Positions 12,923 to 25,296 of a stretch of DNA of 64,000 nucleotides are shown here, piece by piece (the stretch's first letter is position 1; each line of letters begins with the position of its first letter). The stretch is from Schmidtea polychroa (lineage: Eukaryota). The stretch spans positions 20,524,001 through 20,588,000 of the forward strand of contig CM097885.1 of NCBI GenBank assembly GCA_044892525.1, read 5' to 3'. The notes under the pieces are model-generated. The model did no database searches. It was not told the origin of the DNA and saw nothing but the letters and a program-made list of their open reading frames with translations. A program made the position numbers and the translations under genes.

Positions 12923-15145
12923 TATACTAATTTTGGTTTGCAAGTATGTGTGCATGCATTGATTCAGTAAAATAAATTTGAATTATTTTAATTCTACTTT
13001 ATTTTGAATCTTTTTTTGTAATTTATTATTTATTTTGTTTTCTTTTTATATTTTATATTTTATATTTTATTTACTTTTAATTAATTTCGCCACCATGCTG
13101 GATATGGGTGTTTTCTAGAATATTCTATTTTGTTTAAGAGATTATATTATCTAATTCCTTTTTATTTTAATTCTTATGTTATTTCAGTTAGTTTTTGGTT
13201 AATTTAATTTTAAAATTTTTATCTTTTAGTTTATTTTCATTAGCTACTTGGTGGCCATGATGGATTTGGTCAATTTTATAGAATATTTTAGTTTTCTATT
13301 CATATTTATTGTAAATATTTTATTCTTACTTCATTTTCTAATCTTATTTTGTGGAAATATTTCTAATTTCCACTACTATCTCTCCTCATCGTCAATAATT
13401 CAAATTTGCGTAATTTTGTTATGTATCTATGCTAGGTTTTGAGTGGATTTCATGTAATATTTCTTGCTTTTGTTTCATATTAGTTTATTTTGTTTTTATT
13501 ATTTTTGTGTTGGGTGAATTCTATTTATTATTTCTTTAATTAATGTTTGATTTTGACTCAATTTTATGTTATGTCTGCGTGATATGTGCCGAGGTCTTTC
13601 AGTCACGATTCAATAACTTGGGCCCGAAATCAGTTGTAGCTCAACAAAATCAACGGTTTGTAGTCAGCAATTAAGAGAGAAGTTAATGCACAATATCGAA
13701 TTACATTTCTTATACAGTCTCATTAAAAGAGAAGCTTCACATTGATAATTCACAAAACTCTGTGGGCCATTTTCCCTCATAACCAAATTAGTATGCTTGG
13801 ACACACTTTGATATAAAATGTTGCCGACAAAATTCAACTACATTTCTTTTACAAGTAAAAGAAAGATCAACCAAAGATCAACTTATTTCAGGAATCATAT
13901 CAGTGAACAAGAGGTGTGGATATCAATGTTGGTTATGACTTGAGTTAGAGTACTGAAATTACACTCTGCATCATTTAAGACGCTTGACTTACTTATATAT
14001 CGCAAAAATAGATATCAATTAAAAATATAAAGACATCCATTGAGTTTAAAGAAACCTGGCGACTTTAAATTGCAAACTACTCAAAACCCTTTCAAGGAAA
14101 TTAATATATTTTTTTGTAAAATAAAATCGTCAAATTTGGCAAGTAACCTGCCAAGTTGCAGTTATGTGATACTGACGGTGCTATTAACAAACATTATGAC
14201 AAATGAATACAAAACTTTGAGGTAATTACGTATTGATGTATTTTTGATTTGAATATTAGGTCCAAATTGTCTGATGATAGCAGATTGAATAGGGAAATGG
14301 TGTAAAAGATTTATTTATTGATATTAGCAAAAGAATATTCTAAAGCATAATGTGATTAAAAGAATTAGTCCACCCTTGATAGACTTATCTGAGAGTTTGA
14401 ATTCCTTTAATTGACGTCTGTATTAAAAAAAGTTTTCAAATTTCGTCAGACTTTGTAATTGTTCGTTAAAGAATAAAATTTGTTATTTGCTAACATTTCA
14501 ATTAGAAATAGTCTTAAATTTGTTTAAATAATACTGAATTTAAACAATAACTTTATTGTATTTATTAAAAAAGCTTGGCTATGAATCAGTAAATATATCG
14601 ATCTTTTTATGATATTCACAAATTTTCGGAACTGCCTTTTGATTATTATTTGAATAAATTTTTAAAGCTATTTAGAAATATTATTATGAAAGACTTCAAT
14701 TTAATGTAAATTAATAAACAAATACATTAATATAAAACATTTTTAATGAATATATAAATTGGGGAAAAGATGGAAAGAAATTATAATATTTATTACGACT
14801 GATAATAGTACAACTTTTTGTCTTCTACAGAAATCACTGAAATGCTCATCAAATTATTATTATTTAATATATACACCAATCCCTCGATTTACTCGGTAGA
14901 TACGTTCCAAGAAACTAACGCGCAAATCGAAACCGCGTAAATCGAGACTTCAAATTCATACAAAAATGATAGATAGGTTCCAGAAAATAAAATTCTGCGT
15001 AAATAGAGAAACGAGGCATAAAAAATACAATTTTATTTAGAAATAGATTTAAAAAATCGACATTTAAATTTTAAAATTTATAACATGTTCATAGTTAAAA
15101 GGTACACCAACCCTTCGATTTACGCGGTGGATACGTTCCAAGAAA

Positions 15146-15756
15146 CTAACGCGCAAAGCTCAGTTTTTGCAATAAATGTTTTACTAGGCATTTTTTCCAG
15201 AAAAGTCCTGTTTCATCTGCATTGGAATCTTGGTGCGGCGAATAAGAATTTTCATTTATTATCTTCAGCAATTGTGGTAAAAATATCTTAGCGGCATTTT
15301 CGTCGGCAGAAGCAGCCTCACCCTTTATCTTGAGATTGTGTAACGAGTATCTTCTTTTAAATTTTTCTAACCATCCCTTGCAAGCTGTAAAATCATGTTT
15401 TTTTTTCTTCAGATGATATAGACTGATCATTCTCTGTTAGAAACTTATAAATTCTTTTAGATTTTTCTTTTATTGCGTTAGTGTCAATTGGCATTCTTTT
15501 TTGTGTGTGATCTTCTATCCATATAATTAAGGCTTTTTCCATTTTCTTCTTAATGATCTCTAACGTATGAGGTATATTTAGAACTGCTCAGGGATCCGGA
15601 GGTGACACTTCTAACAGTTATTTCGTTTATTTTAATTGTACGAACAGTAGATTTATTCAGTTTATATGTTTTTGCAAAAGATACAAAACTTTCACCTTTC
15701 TGAAGGGAATTCAGAATTTGAATCTTCACATCTAATGAGATTGTGATTTTTTTCAA
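15146..15756 (-). pseudogene. Tigger/CENP-B-like transposase N-terminus (HTH domains and start of DDE)
   Basis: ITISLDVKIQIL..STVRTI, KGWLEKFKRRY..KGEAASAD and NADETGLFWK; frameshifted and truncated. Confidence 0.88.
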
Positions 15757-15774
15757 ATTTTCAAATGTACATAC

Positions 15775-16091
15775 TGTTAGAAGCTATAACATTTAATTCT
15801 TCTGTCATCAAAATAAATTACTAAGACTATTAAATCCAAAATTATATTTCATTAAATCTGATTATATAAACAAATATTCTTGGGACATTTTCTAAATTTT
15901 AATTTCAACCAAATATCAACATACCATCGCATTCATACTTGAATTTCAATTTTATTAAAAATTATTTTATTTTAAAATTTCAATTATCATTTCAATTTTA
16001 ATATCTTAAAATAATTTAAGTTTCAATTAAAATTTTACAAATTTTAATCATGAACTAATTTAATTTAGTATTTTAATTTTAACTCCTCACA
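15775..16091 (-). repeat. 3' LTR of Gypsy copy A
   Basis: Identical to 20515-20831 (offset 4740). Confidence 0.97.
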
Positions 16092-19000
16092 TCCCCCTTT
16101 TTTAAAATGTTTGATCTTCTCAACATTTCTGACTACCATCTTCCCATTTTGATCTTTAAGTAAGTAGCTCCGTTCATGTATTTTCTTTATCACTTTGTAC
16201 GGCCCTTCCCACCTTGCATCGTCTTTATTTCGAATTTCTTGTTTGATCAAAACCAAATCTTCCATTTCAAAATCTCTCACTGTTTTGCTTATTTTTGGTT
16301 TTAGTGTTTTATCCTCTATTCTCTTTTCCATATCTTCTCTATTTATTTCTTTATTCGAGTACCATTTCATTCTGTCGATTTTCCTCCCAAATATAATCTC
16401 TGCTGGGCTTACTCCCGTTGTTTTTTGAACTGTTGCATTTAAAGTATATTCTATTTCTGGCACTATATCAGTCCAGTTTTTCCTTCCTCCTTCATTCAAT
16501 GACGCGTTAATATACTCTCTGATTGTTCTGAATTGTCTTTCAATAATACCATTCGTGTTATGGTGATATGGGCTTGAGAAAATTAATTCAATGCCAGCTG
16601 CCTTTGCTAGTTCTTTTATACTTCTTGCTTCAAAGTTCTTCCCACAATCTACATGAAGTTCTTTTGGAGCTCCAAACTTTACTATCCATTTATTTAATAA
16701 CGTCTCACTAATTGTTTTTTCGTCTTGCTTGTTTATGGCCGTTAATGAGATGTATTTACTATAGTGGTCAATGATTCCGCAAATATATTTCTTTTTGTTG
16801 AACGTTTCTTTCAATGGCCCACATATATCCATATATATCTTCTCGAATGGTTCTGTACTCTTTATTGTTTGAGTTTCCTCCTTTGTCTTGGTTGTTATCG
16901 TTTTCATTTTCTGACATCTTTCGCAGTTCTCAATTACCTTTTTTACTTCCGTTGCTAAATTTTCCATGTCGCAGTTATTCTGGATATATTTCGTTACTTT
17001 CTGTGCACCTGCATGGCACAGCAATACGTGTACTTCTTTTATCATCCTCTGTCTATTATCTGACGGTATCCATATTTTACCTTGCTTAGTTAGTACCGTG
17101 TTGTTTTCCATTATGAACTTACAATCTTTATTTTCTAACTTATTCTTTATTTCTTGGACCTCCATATTGTCATTTTGCCACTTGTTATATCCGCCTTCTG
17201 CTGTTACTGTTAATATTCTGGTTTTAATTTTGCCGGTTTTTGGGTCTTCGTGTTCCATCATACACTGTACACATGTTCCGCATGTTTTCCTGGATAGCAT
17301 ATCCGCGTTTGTATGGCTTGTTCTTTTCCTGTATTCCATTTTAATATCCAGGCTGCTTAAATAGTTGATCCATGTCTGGAATTGAGCAGTTATTGGTTTC
17401 TTCGTTGTTACCATAAACGTAATAGCTTTATGGTCCGTTCTCAGTACGAATCTCTTACCATATAAGTAATGGTTGAAATGTTTACAAAAATAGTATATTG
17501 CCAATAATTCTTTTCTGGTAATGCAGTATCCTTTTTCGTGGCTGCTCATCGCATGTGAACCATATGCAATGACATGTTCATGTCCTTTTTCATCCTTTTG
17601 CGAAAGAACTGCTCCAATAGTATCGAAGCTCGCGTCTGTATCTAATATAAATTCTTTTCTGAAATCTGGAAATACCAATACTGGGGCGGTTATCAATGCT
17701 TCTTTCATTTCCCCGAAAGCCTTTTCACACATCTCTGTCCATCTTATTTTCTCATTGTTTTTTCCGCATATGCTTTCTAGTGCTCTTGCCTTCTTTGCAT
17801 AGTCTTTTATGAACCGTCGATAATAGTTACAGATACCCAGAAAGCTCCTCAGATTCTTTACACATTTTGGCTTTTGAAATGATTGTATTGCTTCTATCTT
17901 AGTATTATCTGTTTGTATGCCGTCTTTATTCATTATGTGTCCCAGAAACTTCACTTCTTTTCTAAATATTTGACATTTTTCGGGGTTCAATCTTAGTCCT
18001 GCTGTTGCGATCTTCCCTAGGACTTTTTCAAATATGTTATAATGGTCTTCTTCTGTCTTTGTGAATATTAGGATGTCGTCTAAATATACCATCACTCCAT
18101 CTTTCCACAAATCTTTCAATACTTTCGTCATTAATTCTTGAAATGTTCCTGGTGCCGCTGCAATACCGAACGGCATCCTGTTAAAACAGAACTGTCCTTC
18201 TTTTGTTGAGAATGCTGTTTTCTCTTGAGATTCTTTATCTAACTTCACTTGGTAATAAGCATTTCCCAAGTCGATTGAGCTAAAATATCTGGATCCGTGT
18301 AGGATGTCTAAAATTTCATCTACATTTGGCATTGGAAATGCTTGTCTTTCTGTTATCTTGTTTAATTGTCTGAAGTCTAGACAAAGCCTGATGTCTTTTT
18401 TCTCTTTCTTCCATACACAAACTAAAGGTGTGTTCCACGGTTAATTACACTTCCTAATTATTCCGTTGTTTTCTAGATTTTTTATTGCTTCCTCAATCTT
18501 GTCTTCCAAATTTATTGGCTGACGTCTCGGTTTAATCATTATTGGCTCTCCTTTCGTGATGATCTTATGTTTTATCAGATTGGTACACCCAATGTCCCAT
18601 TTATCTGCCATAAAAACATTCTTGTTTGCCTGAAATATTTCTAACAGTCTCTTATTTCCGGTAACCTTTAAAACGTCGATGGCATGACGTAATCTTTCTT
18701 CATCTGTTATAATCCGCCCAAATCTAGCTTCTATTTCGCAAATGAAATCACTACGTTTTTCATGTTCTTCTAGTATACATTTCAATTCTATACCAAATAA
18801 CCTTTGTAGTTCTACTGCTCCAATAATTTCTGGTATTAAATTCTTTACTATAATGAATGTTACATTTCTTTCAATACTGCCCATTTTAACATTGATGTTT
18901 ATTTTACCCATAGTTTCTAATCTACTGTTGTTTGCACATCTTAGCGATTCCCTTGTTTCTAATATTTCGATATTTTCTAATCGATCAATTACAGATTTAG

Positions 19001-19480
19001 CCATCACATTAATTCGCGCTCCTGTATCGAATAAACAATCTACTTTCCGCCCTTGGATATCCAGTGTTGTACTCGGTCTACCTTACATTATATTATATGT
19101 TATTACTGGACTTTTTTGTTCTTCTACTGACAAAATATTCTGCTCTCTAGTATCTTCTACAATTTCATTAATACACACGTCTCCATTTTTCTTGAGGAAT
19201 TTGTAAATTTTCTCTATAGTTCTTTCCTCGTGTTTTACTAATTCATTTACTTTACACTCCTCTTTAAATTTTTTCTGAATTTCCTTATCATTCGACTTTT
19301 TGATTTCTACACTACTATTATTAATATCACGTTCAAAAACACTACAATCTTTATCAATCATACAATCATCATACATACTTAAATTACACTTAAATTAGCA
19401 TTCATTCTTTGGTTGAAATCAATATTACTTAGTAAATTGCTCCGATCAATGTCCCGTTTGACGGAGCGTGCTCGTTTGGG
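16065..19480 (-). pseudogene. pol: Pol polyprotein (protease, RT, RNase H, integrase) with nonsense and frameshift lesions
   Basis: CLFDTGA protease, YLDD RT, DTDAS/TDH RNase H, HHCC plus DDE integrase. Premature TAA at 19083-19085 and 18441-18443 where copy B has Q and S; frame break near 19395. Confidence 0.95.
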
Positions 19481-20548
19481 TCATTCTCCCTGTTATACTC
19501 GTCTGGCTGGCTTGACTGTTTTGTATTCATCATCTCATCATCAGACTCGATAGCTGCAATATCTTTTCTGTTATATTGTTGGTTTCCCCATTGTCTTTGA
19601 TGTACGTTCCTTGATTGATACATATCTTTCCTTTGTTGATAGGTATTTCTTTGAATTCTTCCTCCTGACATCTTCCTTTGGTCTCGATCTCTTCCTTGAT
19701 TTCGTCTTTCCATATTTGTGTAGCACTCTCTTTCTTTGTGTCCTCGTGCATTGCATCTATGACATTTGATTGTTGGGCATTCTCTTCGTATGTGACCTTC
19801 AACACCACATGCATAACATTGAAATCTTCTTTTTATATTACATTCTCTGCTACTGTGTCCCGGTTTTTGACACGTCCAGCATTCTATCACTTTAATTCTT
19901 GTCTCTGGTTTCCATTCGTTGATTTTTCTCTTCGTGGCTCGAACTCGTACTACATCTCTATAAGTTCTTCCACCAGTTGTAGGTCGTATTGATCTCACCG
20001 TGTTTACTTGTTCAATAACCTTGTTAACTTTTTCTATCTTCTTTATAGTTTCTTTAATTTGTTCCGCCGTTTTGAGATCTTTCATTTCGATTTCTTTCCT
20101 GACTTCTTTATCTTTTACACAATGTGTCAATAAACATTTCTGAATTTCTTCCTCATTCCAAGTGTGTGAGGCCAATTTTTTTAGTCATTTTTGATATTTT
20201 CTCTATAAATATTTCCGCTGATTCGTTACCTTGCTCGTAGTTCAAGGCTTCTCTTAAGTCATCAATCAATGACGTTGGTCGATGAAAAGCTGCTCTTAAT
20301 TTCTGTTCAACGGTTTTACCTTCTACGGTTTCATATTCTTCAATCAAAGTCCTGTCCAGAAGTGTAATAACTAGTACCATTTGGGTCTTCACTGGTGTCT
20401 TCGTTATTTCAAAGAACCTCTGACATTCTTTGATAAATAATTCGAGGTCATCTCCTCTGTGGAATTTTTCTGGAATTAATCTTCCAATAACCAGATCCGT
20501 TGGAATGGTCGCCATGTTAGAAGCTATAACATTTAATTCTTCTGTCAT
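19429..20548 (-). pseudogene. gag: Gag with three CCHC zinc knuckles, one frameshift
   Basis: Collinear with copy B Gag; CWTCQKPGHSSREC, CYACGVEGHIRREC, CHRCNARGHKEREC. Frameshift in the A7 run at 20176-20182. Confidence 0.93.
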
Positions 20549-20831
20549 CAAAATAAATTACTAAGACTATTAAATCCAAAATTATATTTCATTAAATCTG
20601 ATTATATAAACAAATATTCTTGGGACATTTTCTAAATTTTAATTTCAACCAAATATCAACATACCATCGCATTCATACTTGAATTTCAATTTTATTAAAA
20701 ATTATTTTATTTTAAAATTTCAATTATCATTTCAATTTTAATATCTTAAAATAATTTAAGTTTCAATTAAAATTTTACAAATTTTAATCATGAACTAATT
20801 TAATTTAGTATTTTAATTTTAACTCCTCACA
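20515..20831 (-). repeat. 5' LTR of Gypsy copy A
   Basis: Identical to 15775-16091; directly followed on the minus strand by the PBS. Confidence 0.97.
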
Positions 20832-22605
20832 CATACTTTTTAATATTCATTTAAATTATATTACAACTTATTCCGAAATTTAGTAATTTTTATAATCTAA
20901 AAAAAAATCAATAAATTTATAGTATAGGAACACACAAACTTACCTGTGTGTAGAAATTTATTGTTCCGAAATTTAATAACTTTATTATAGGAATTGTGAA
21001 GGTGAGAGGAAAATAATTAAACACGTAATGAAAAATGCATGAAAAATTTCGGAATTGGCTGTATAAACAAGCAAAATCTTGATCGAAATTCGTGCACTCC
21101 ACAACACAATATTTAAATTACTGCATGCGTAACTGAGTGGGTTACAGACGTCTGGTCCTTGAAATATCAGTAATCTTATGCAATAAATGCATTTGAGAGA
21201 TATTTGGCATCAAATATGTTTGATTTCATTAAAAAAATATTATTTTTTATGACCGCGTAAAATGGGTACCCCGTAATTCGAGGGATTGGTGTAATAATAC
21301 TTATATTTCGACTAATATATTTTGAAATAGGGAAAATGGATTTTTAATTACCAATTTATTGATCTAAATTAAATAGTTATTTAAAATTAATTAAATAAAT
21401 AAATATTTTTAATACCATAAAATGAAAGATTACATCTAATTATTTAAAGAAAAGTGAAAAATAAACGCTTTCACAACGAATTGAATGCAATTTGTTTTAA
21501 TTTACAGAAAGATATGAAATGATATCCCAATTCTGTAATAGCTAATTATTTATCCATATGGAAATACATTGCTTCCTGTAATTATTTATCCACCATGAAA
21601 TCATTAGGAATATTATTAGAATTTCTCTGGAAATTCAATCGATTGTTATGCCTTTTAAGCATCACTTTTCATAGAATTGAATAAACTGTCTAATAATCGA
21701 TTCAGTGCTATTTAATTGTAAATAATCGTTTAATTTCTACAATTTAATAATTGTTTTAATCATATGCCAAAGTTAAAATAATTAATTTTTGAGTAATTTA
21801 ATGAATTTCTGTTTGTTTTTTTTTTCAATTGAAATTAATTTATGAACTCTTTTTCTTGCAAAATGGAAAGGAAACTGTTGAAATTGCCAGAAATAAAATT
21901 AAATATGAATTTGGATTTGGAAAATATTAATGAAATGAAAGTCGCTAATATTTGTTTTTTATTCGTAATTTTTTAACTCGGCGCTGTTCTAAAAGAAATA
22001 TTAGAATTTTACAGTGCGCGATTTTGTGTGGCAAAATAACTTATAGCGGCATTCACCAAATATTTCAGTTTAAATATTCACTTTCTACTATTATTATGTG
22101 GTAAAGAGGTTAAAGATTATTGGGAATTCATTATCATTGTTATTAAAGGATGCCTGAAGTCAAATTAATAGTTTTTAATATCCAAATTCTGCAACAACCT
22201 AACATTTTTAAATTTTTTCTTAATAATTATTTTTTATAATTCTTTAATAATTTATTTAAATAATTTATTTTTTTCTAGAGAAATCCTTTATTCTAGAAAT
22301 CAATTTGAGGCCCCAAAAAATTATAGATGAGTTTTAAGGAAAGAAACTTAATAATAAAGCATATTTCGTTATTTTAAATATCTAATATAAAAAAAAATAA
22401 ATATTTTATAATTTATAACAAATGACTAAATTGTTAGTAAATTAAATATCAATTAATTTAAAATTAAACTATTATTTAACTAAGTTCATGTGAATATCTA
22501 TCATTACTATTAATATTAATTGATTAGATTATTTGTCACAGGCAGTTTGTTTAAATAATAGAAATGCAATCAATATTTGTATTTGAATAAACAAATATTA
22601 ATTAT

Positions 22606-22804
22606 ATATATATTATAAAGGGCCAAGTCACTCACTCACTGATTCTGTAACGCTCAATTCTTACAATGATTAATAAACTATAATAAACTACTTACAATTG
22701 TTAATGATGTAATTATAATTTTTTAAAATAATCATAGTAAGCATTGAGCGTTACAGAATCAGTGAGTGAGTCACCTGGGGCTGAGTGACCTTTATAATAT
22801 ATAT
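22606..22804. mobile_element. Small inverted-repeat element (~200 bp)
   Basis: atatatattataaagg / cctttataatatatat outer arms and perfect 29-bp inner arms, 22630-22658 versus 22743-22771. Confidence 0.75.
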
Positions 22805-23932
22805 GATATATTTTTGTACATATTTTAATGAATCTATAAAAATGATCAAAACAATAATGCCTGATTAAAACAAATATTCAATGTCAGTTATCAAGAGCCA
22901 AGGACAGTCTTATGATTACGTCGGCACAAGTCTTCAAACTTCAGAGTTTTCGTATGAGCAATTCTATGTCGCAACATCCAGTTCTCGAAATGCAAATCAA
23001 GTCAAGATCAAAATTGAGTCAAATCCTTAATAAAGTGATTTACTCAACAACAATCGTATTTTCACGCGCAATATTGTGTATAGAGAAATTTTGTAATAAA
23101 TAAATCATTCTTATAAACTGAAAATTAATTACTCATTCTTTTTACTGAACTCATTCATATACCAATTTTTGGTTTTCGAACACACTGATTCGAACGCATG
23201 CAATAAGATTCACGTGAAAAAAGGGTGCCGTAAATTTCTAATATTTATTTACAATCTAATATTTCACACTATAAAATTTATCATTTTTCTCTTAACATCC
23301 GCAGTTTCCTCATTTCTTTTCACATTATAGATCAGTATTTGGTTGTGCTGAAATTTTGTGTTATATATAAAACAATATTGTGATATATTATCGAAAAAGA
23401 AATGAAGATAAAAGAAATCAAAATTATAAACAGACGATGGTGAAAACAAATCCTATTTAGAATAAGAATAACTAATTAAAAATCTAAATGATTGAGATTA
23501 TATGAGAAAAGTGTTAGAATTTAAAACCCAGATATAGAATAAAAAGTAGTTAAGATTGTTGGGTTATTGAGTTGGTGATAAAATTAGAATTCTTACTTTG
23601 ACTCCAAGCGTGTCTTTGACCGATTCACAAATAACACTTGACAACAGAAATCTTTATTGATAATAACAAATAAACTTTCTCTTTACACTGGCAATCAATA
23701 CAACACTCTGCTTGGTGACTATACAATGCTCATTACAACACTCGGTGAGGAATAGCACTTGCGTATAACACCGTATTAAAGATCACAAATTACTAATTGG
23801 TTTATCGGCTGGGACTTTGAGTTGGTTGATTTCTTTGACCTTCTTCACAACTTTATTCAAATACTCAAAATACTTCTTTTCGTTTTATTTTTCAACTAAT
23901 TCATTTATTCAAAAGAGTATTATGTTTAAGAG

Positions 23933-24243
23933 CAGAGGTTTCCAAACCAAGTGGTGCGAACTTATTCAAAAAGGGTTGCTAAGGTTTTTAACACAATTTT
24001 ATAAGATATTTTAAATTTTAACCAATTTTCTCTAAAACGCCCCAATTCCAAAAGCTTTGTGATAAACAAGCTCATCCAAAAAATTAATAATAAATTTATT
24101 TCACATAATTACATATTTTTTGTGCTATAATATAACTGTTATATTTAATATTTAAAAATTTTTGTATATCGTTTTACTTTGAGGGGCTGTAAGGTTTTTT
24201 TCTTAAATATAGAGTGTAGTAATATAACGTTTGGAAACCACTG
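23933..24243. mobile_element. Old hAT-type MITE
   Basis: CAGAGGTTTCCAAAC / GTTTGGAAACCACTG termini; TSD poorly preserved. Confidence 0.5.
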
Positions 24244-24421
24244 TCCTAAAGTGATAATATTAGTTCTAATTACTGGAAAACATGCTAATTATTTGTCTTG
24301 TGTTTTCTCAGTTTTCTCCGTTTTCTCTTATGTCGCACAAAATGTCCGTAAGATAACCATCAATATCCAAAGTTCGAATTCATATACTATTTAATGCTTT
24401 TATTTTTCAAGATTTTCAATA

Positions 24422-25296
24422 CAGTCGATTCCGCTTAATTGGGACACATCGGGACTTGGGCATTTTGTCCCAATTAAGCGAATTTCACATTTTTTTAATT
24501 CATTGATTTGGTTTTGGTAACTAAGACCATTAACCAGTAATACACACATAAAATTAAACAATGCATATATTTTTTTCAATAATTTTATTTTATAAACTCT
24601 TGGAAACTGTAAATTATATATAGGAAATATAAATTATCATATTAATTACAAATAAACTTTTAAGAAAAAAAATATTTCCTAATTAAAATAATAAATGGGT
24701 AGGTTCATACAATTTAATTCAATGTAAAAATGAGTCAAGTATAGCCTGTCTTTTGTTTTTGTAACATTTCACTTGTACAAAATCAGCACAGATAGTTAGT
24801 GCGGATGTAGGGCTCCCTTCATTTCCTTCCTGCGTAAAATAAAGCTGTAACACGACCATACAATTTTTTGCCTCCTGGTTAGTCACAGGCACAGGTGACT
24901 CATCATCATCATCGTCATCTTCGCCTAATTTTTCATGTTTTGATTTAATACCTTCTACAATTGAATCCTCACAGTCTTCATTATCATCGTAACATGGTAA
25001 ATTGTTATCTATTGTTGAAAACTCTTCATAGTTAATAATAGCAACTTTCAACGTATCCTCAGTTTCTTCATTGGTTAAAATTTCGGAAATATCTAAATAT
25101 CTCAAATTCTTTGTACATATTTTTTCTTGAGAATATGTGTAACATAGTATGTGCTGTGATCTTAAATTTACTGTCCCAATTAAGCGGAATGTTGTCCCAA
25201 TTAAACATATAAATTTACTATTGGTTTCTTGGTTTGGTTTCGGTTCTTTGAGATTTGTCCCAATTAAGCGGATGTCCCATTAAGCGGAATCGACTG
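24422..25296 (-). mobile_element. Tigger/pogo deletion derivative retaining the transposase C-terminus
   Basis: TIR CAGTCGATTCCGCTTAAT with TA TSD and repeated GTCCCAATTAAGCG subterminal motif. ORF 24719-25105 is an acidic tail ending QAILDSFL (PIP-box-like, typical of pogo). Confidence 0.88.

Larger units (their letters stand above)
15775..20831 (-). mobile_element. Full-length Ty3/Gypsy LTR retrotransposon (copy A, coding-disabled)
   Basis: Identical 317-bp TG..CA LTRs, 5-bp TSD CATAC (15770-15774, 20832-20836), PBS TGGCGACCA, PPT AAAAAAGGGGGA, domain order gag-PR-RT-RH-IN. Confidence 0.97.
14874..21291 (-). mobile_element. Tigger/pogo DNA transposon (internally deleted) hosting a Gypsy insertion
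   Basis: TIR CACCAATCCCTCGA / TCGAGGGATTGGTG with TA at 14872-14873 and 21292-21293. Confidence 0.88.

Noticed and set aside
12380..12955. 191-aa ORF with an internal repeat
   Set aside because: By-product of the 264-bp duplication of the transposon end, read antisense.
16195..19992. Numerous antisense and alternate-frame ORFs within the Gypsy elements
   Set aside because: Shadow ORFs from codon bias of gag/pol; no independent motifs.
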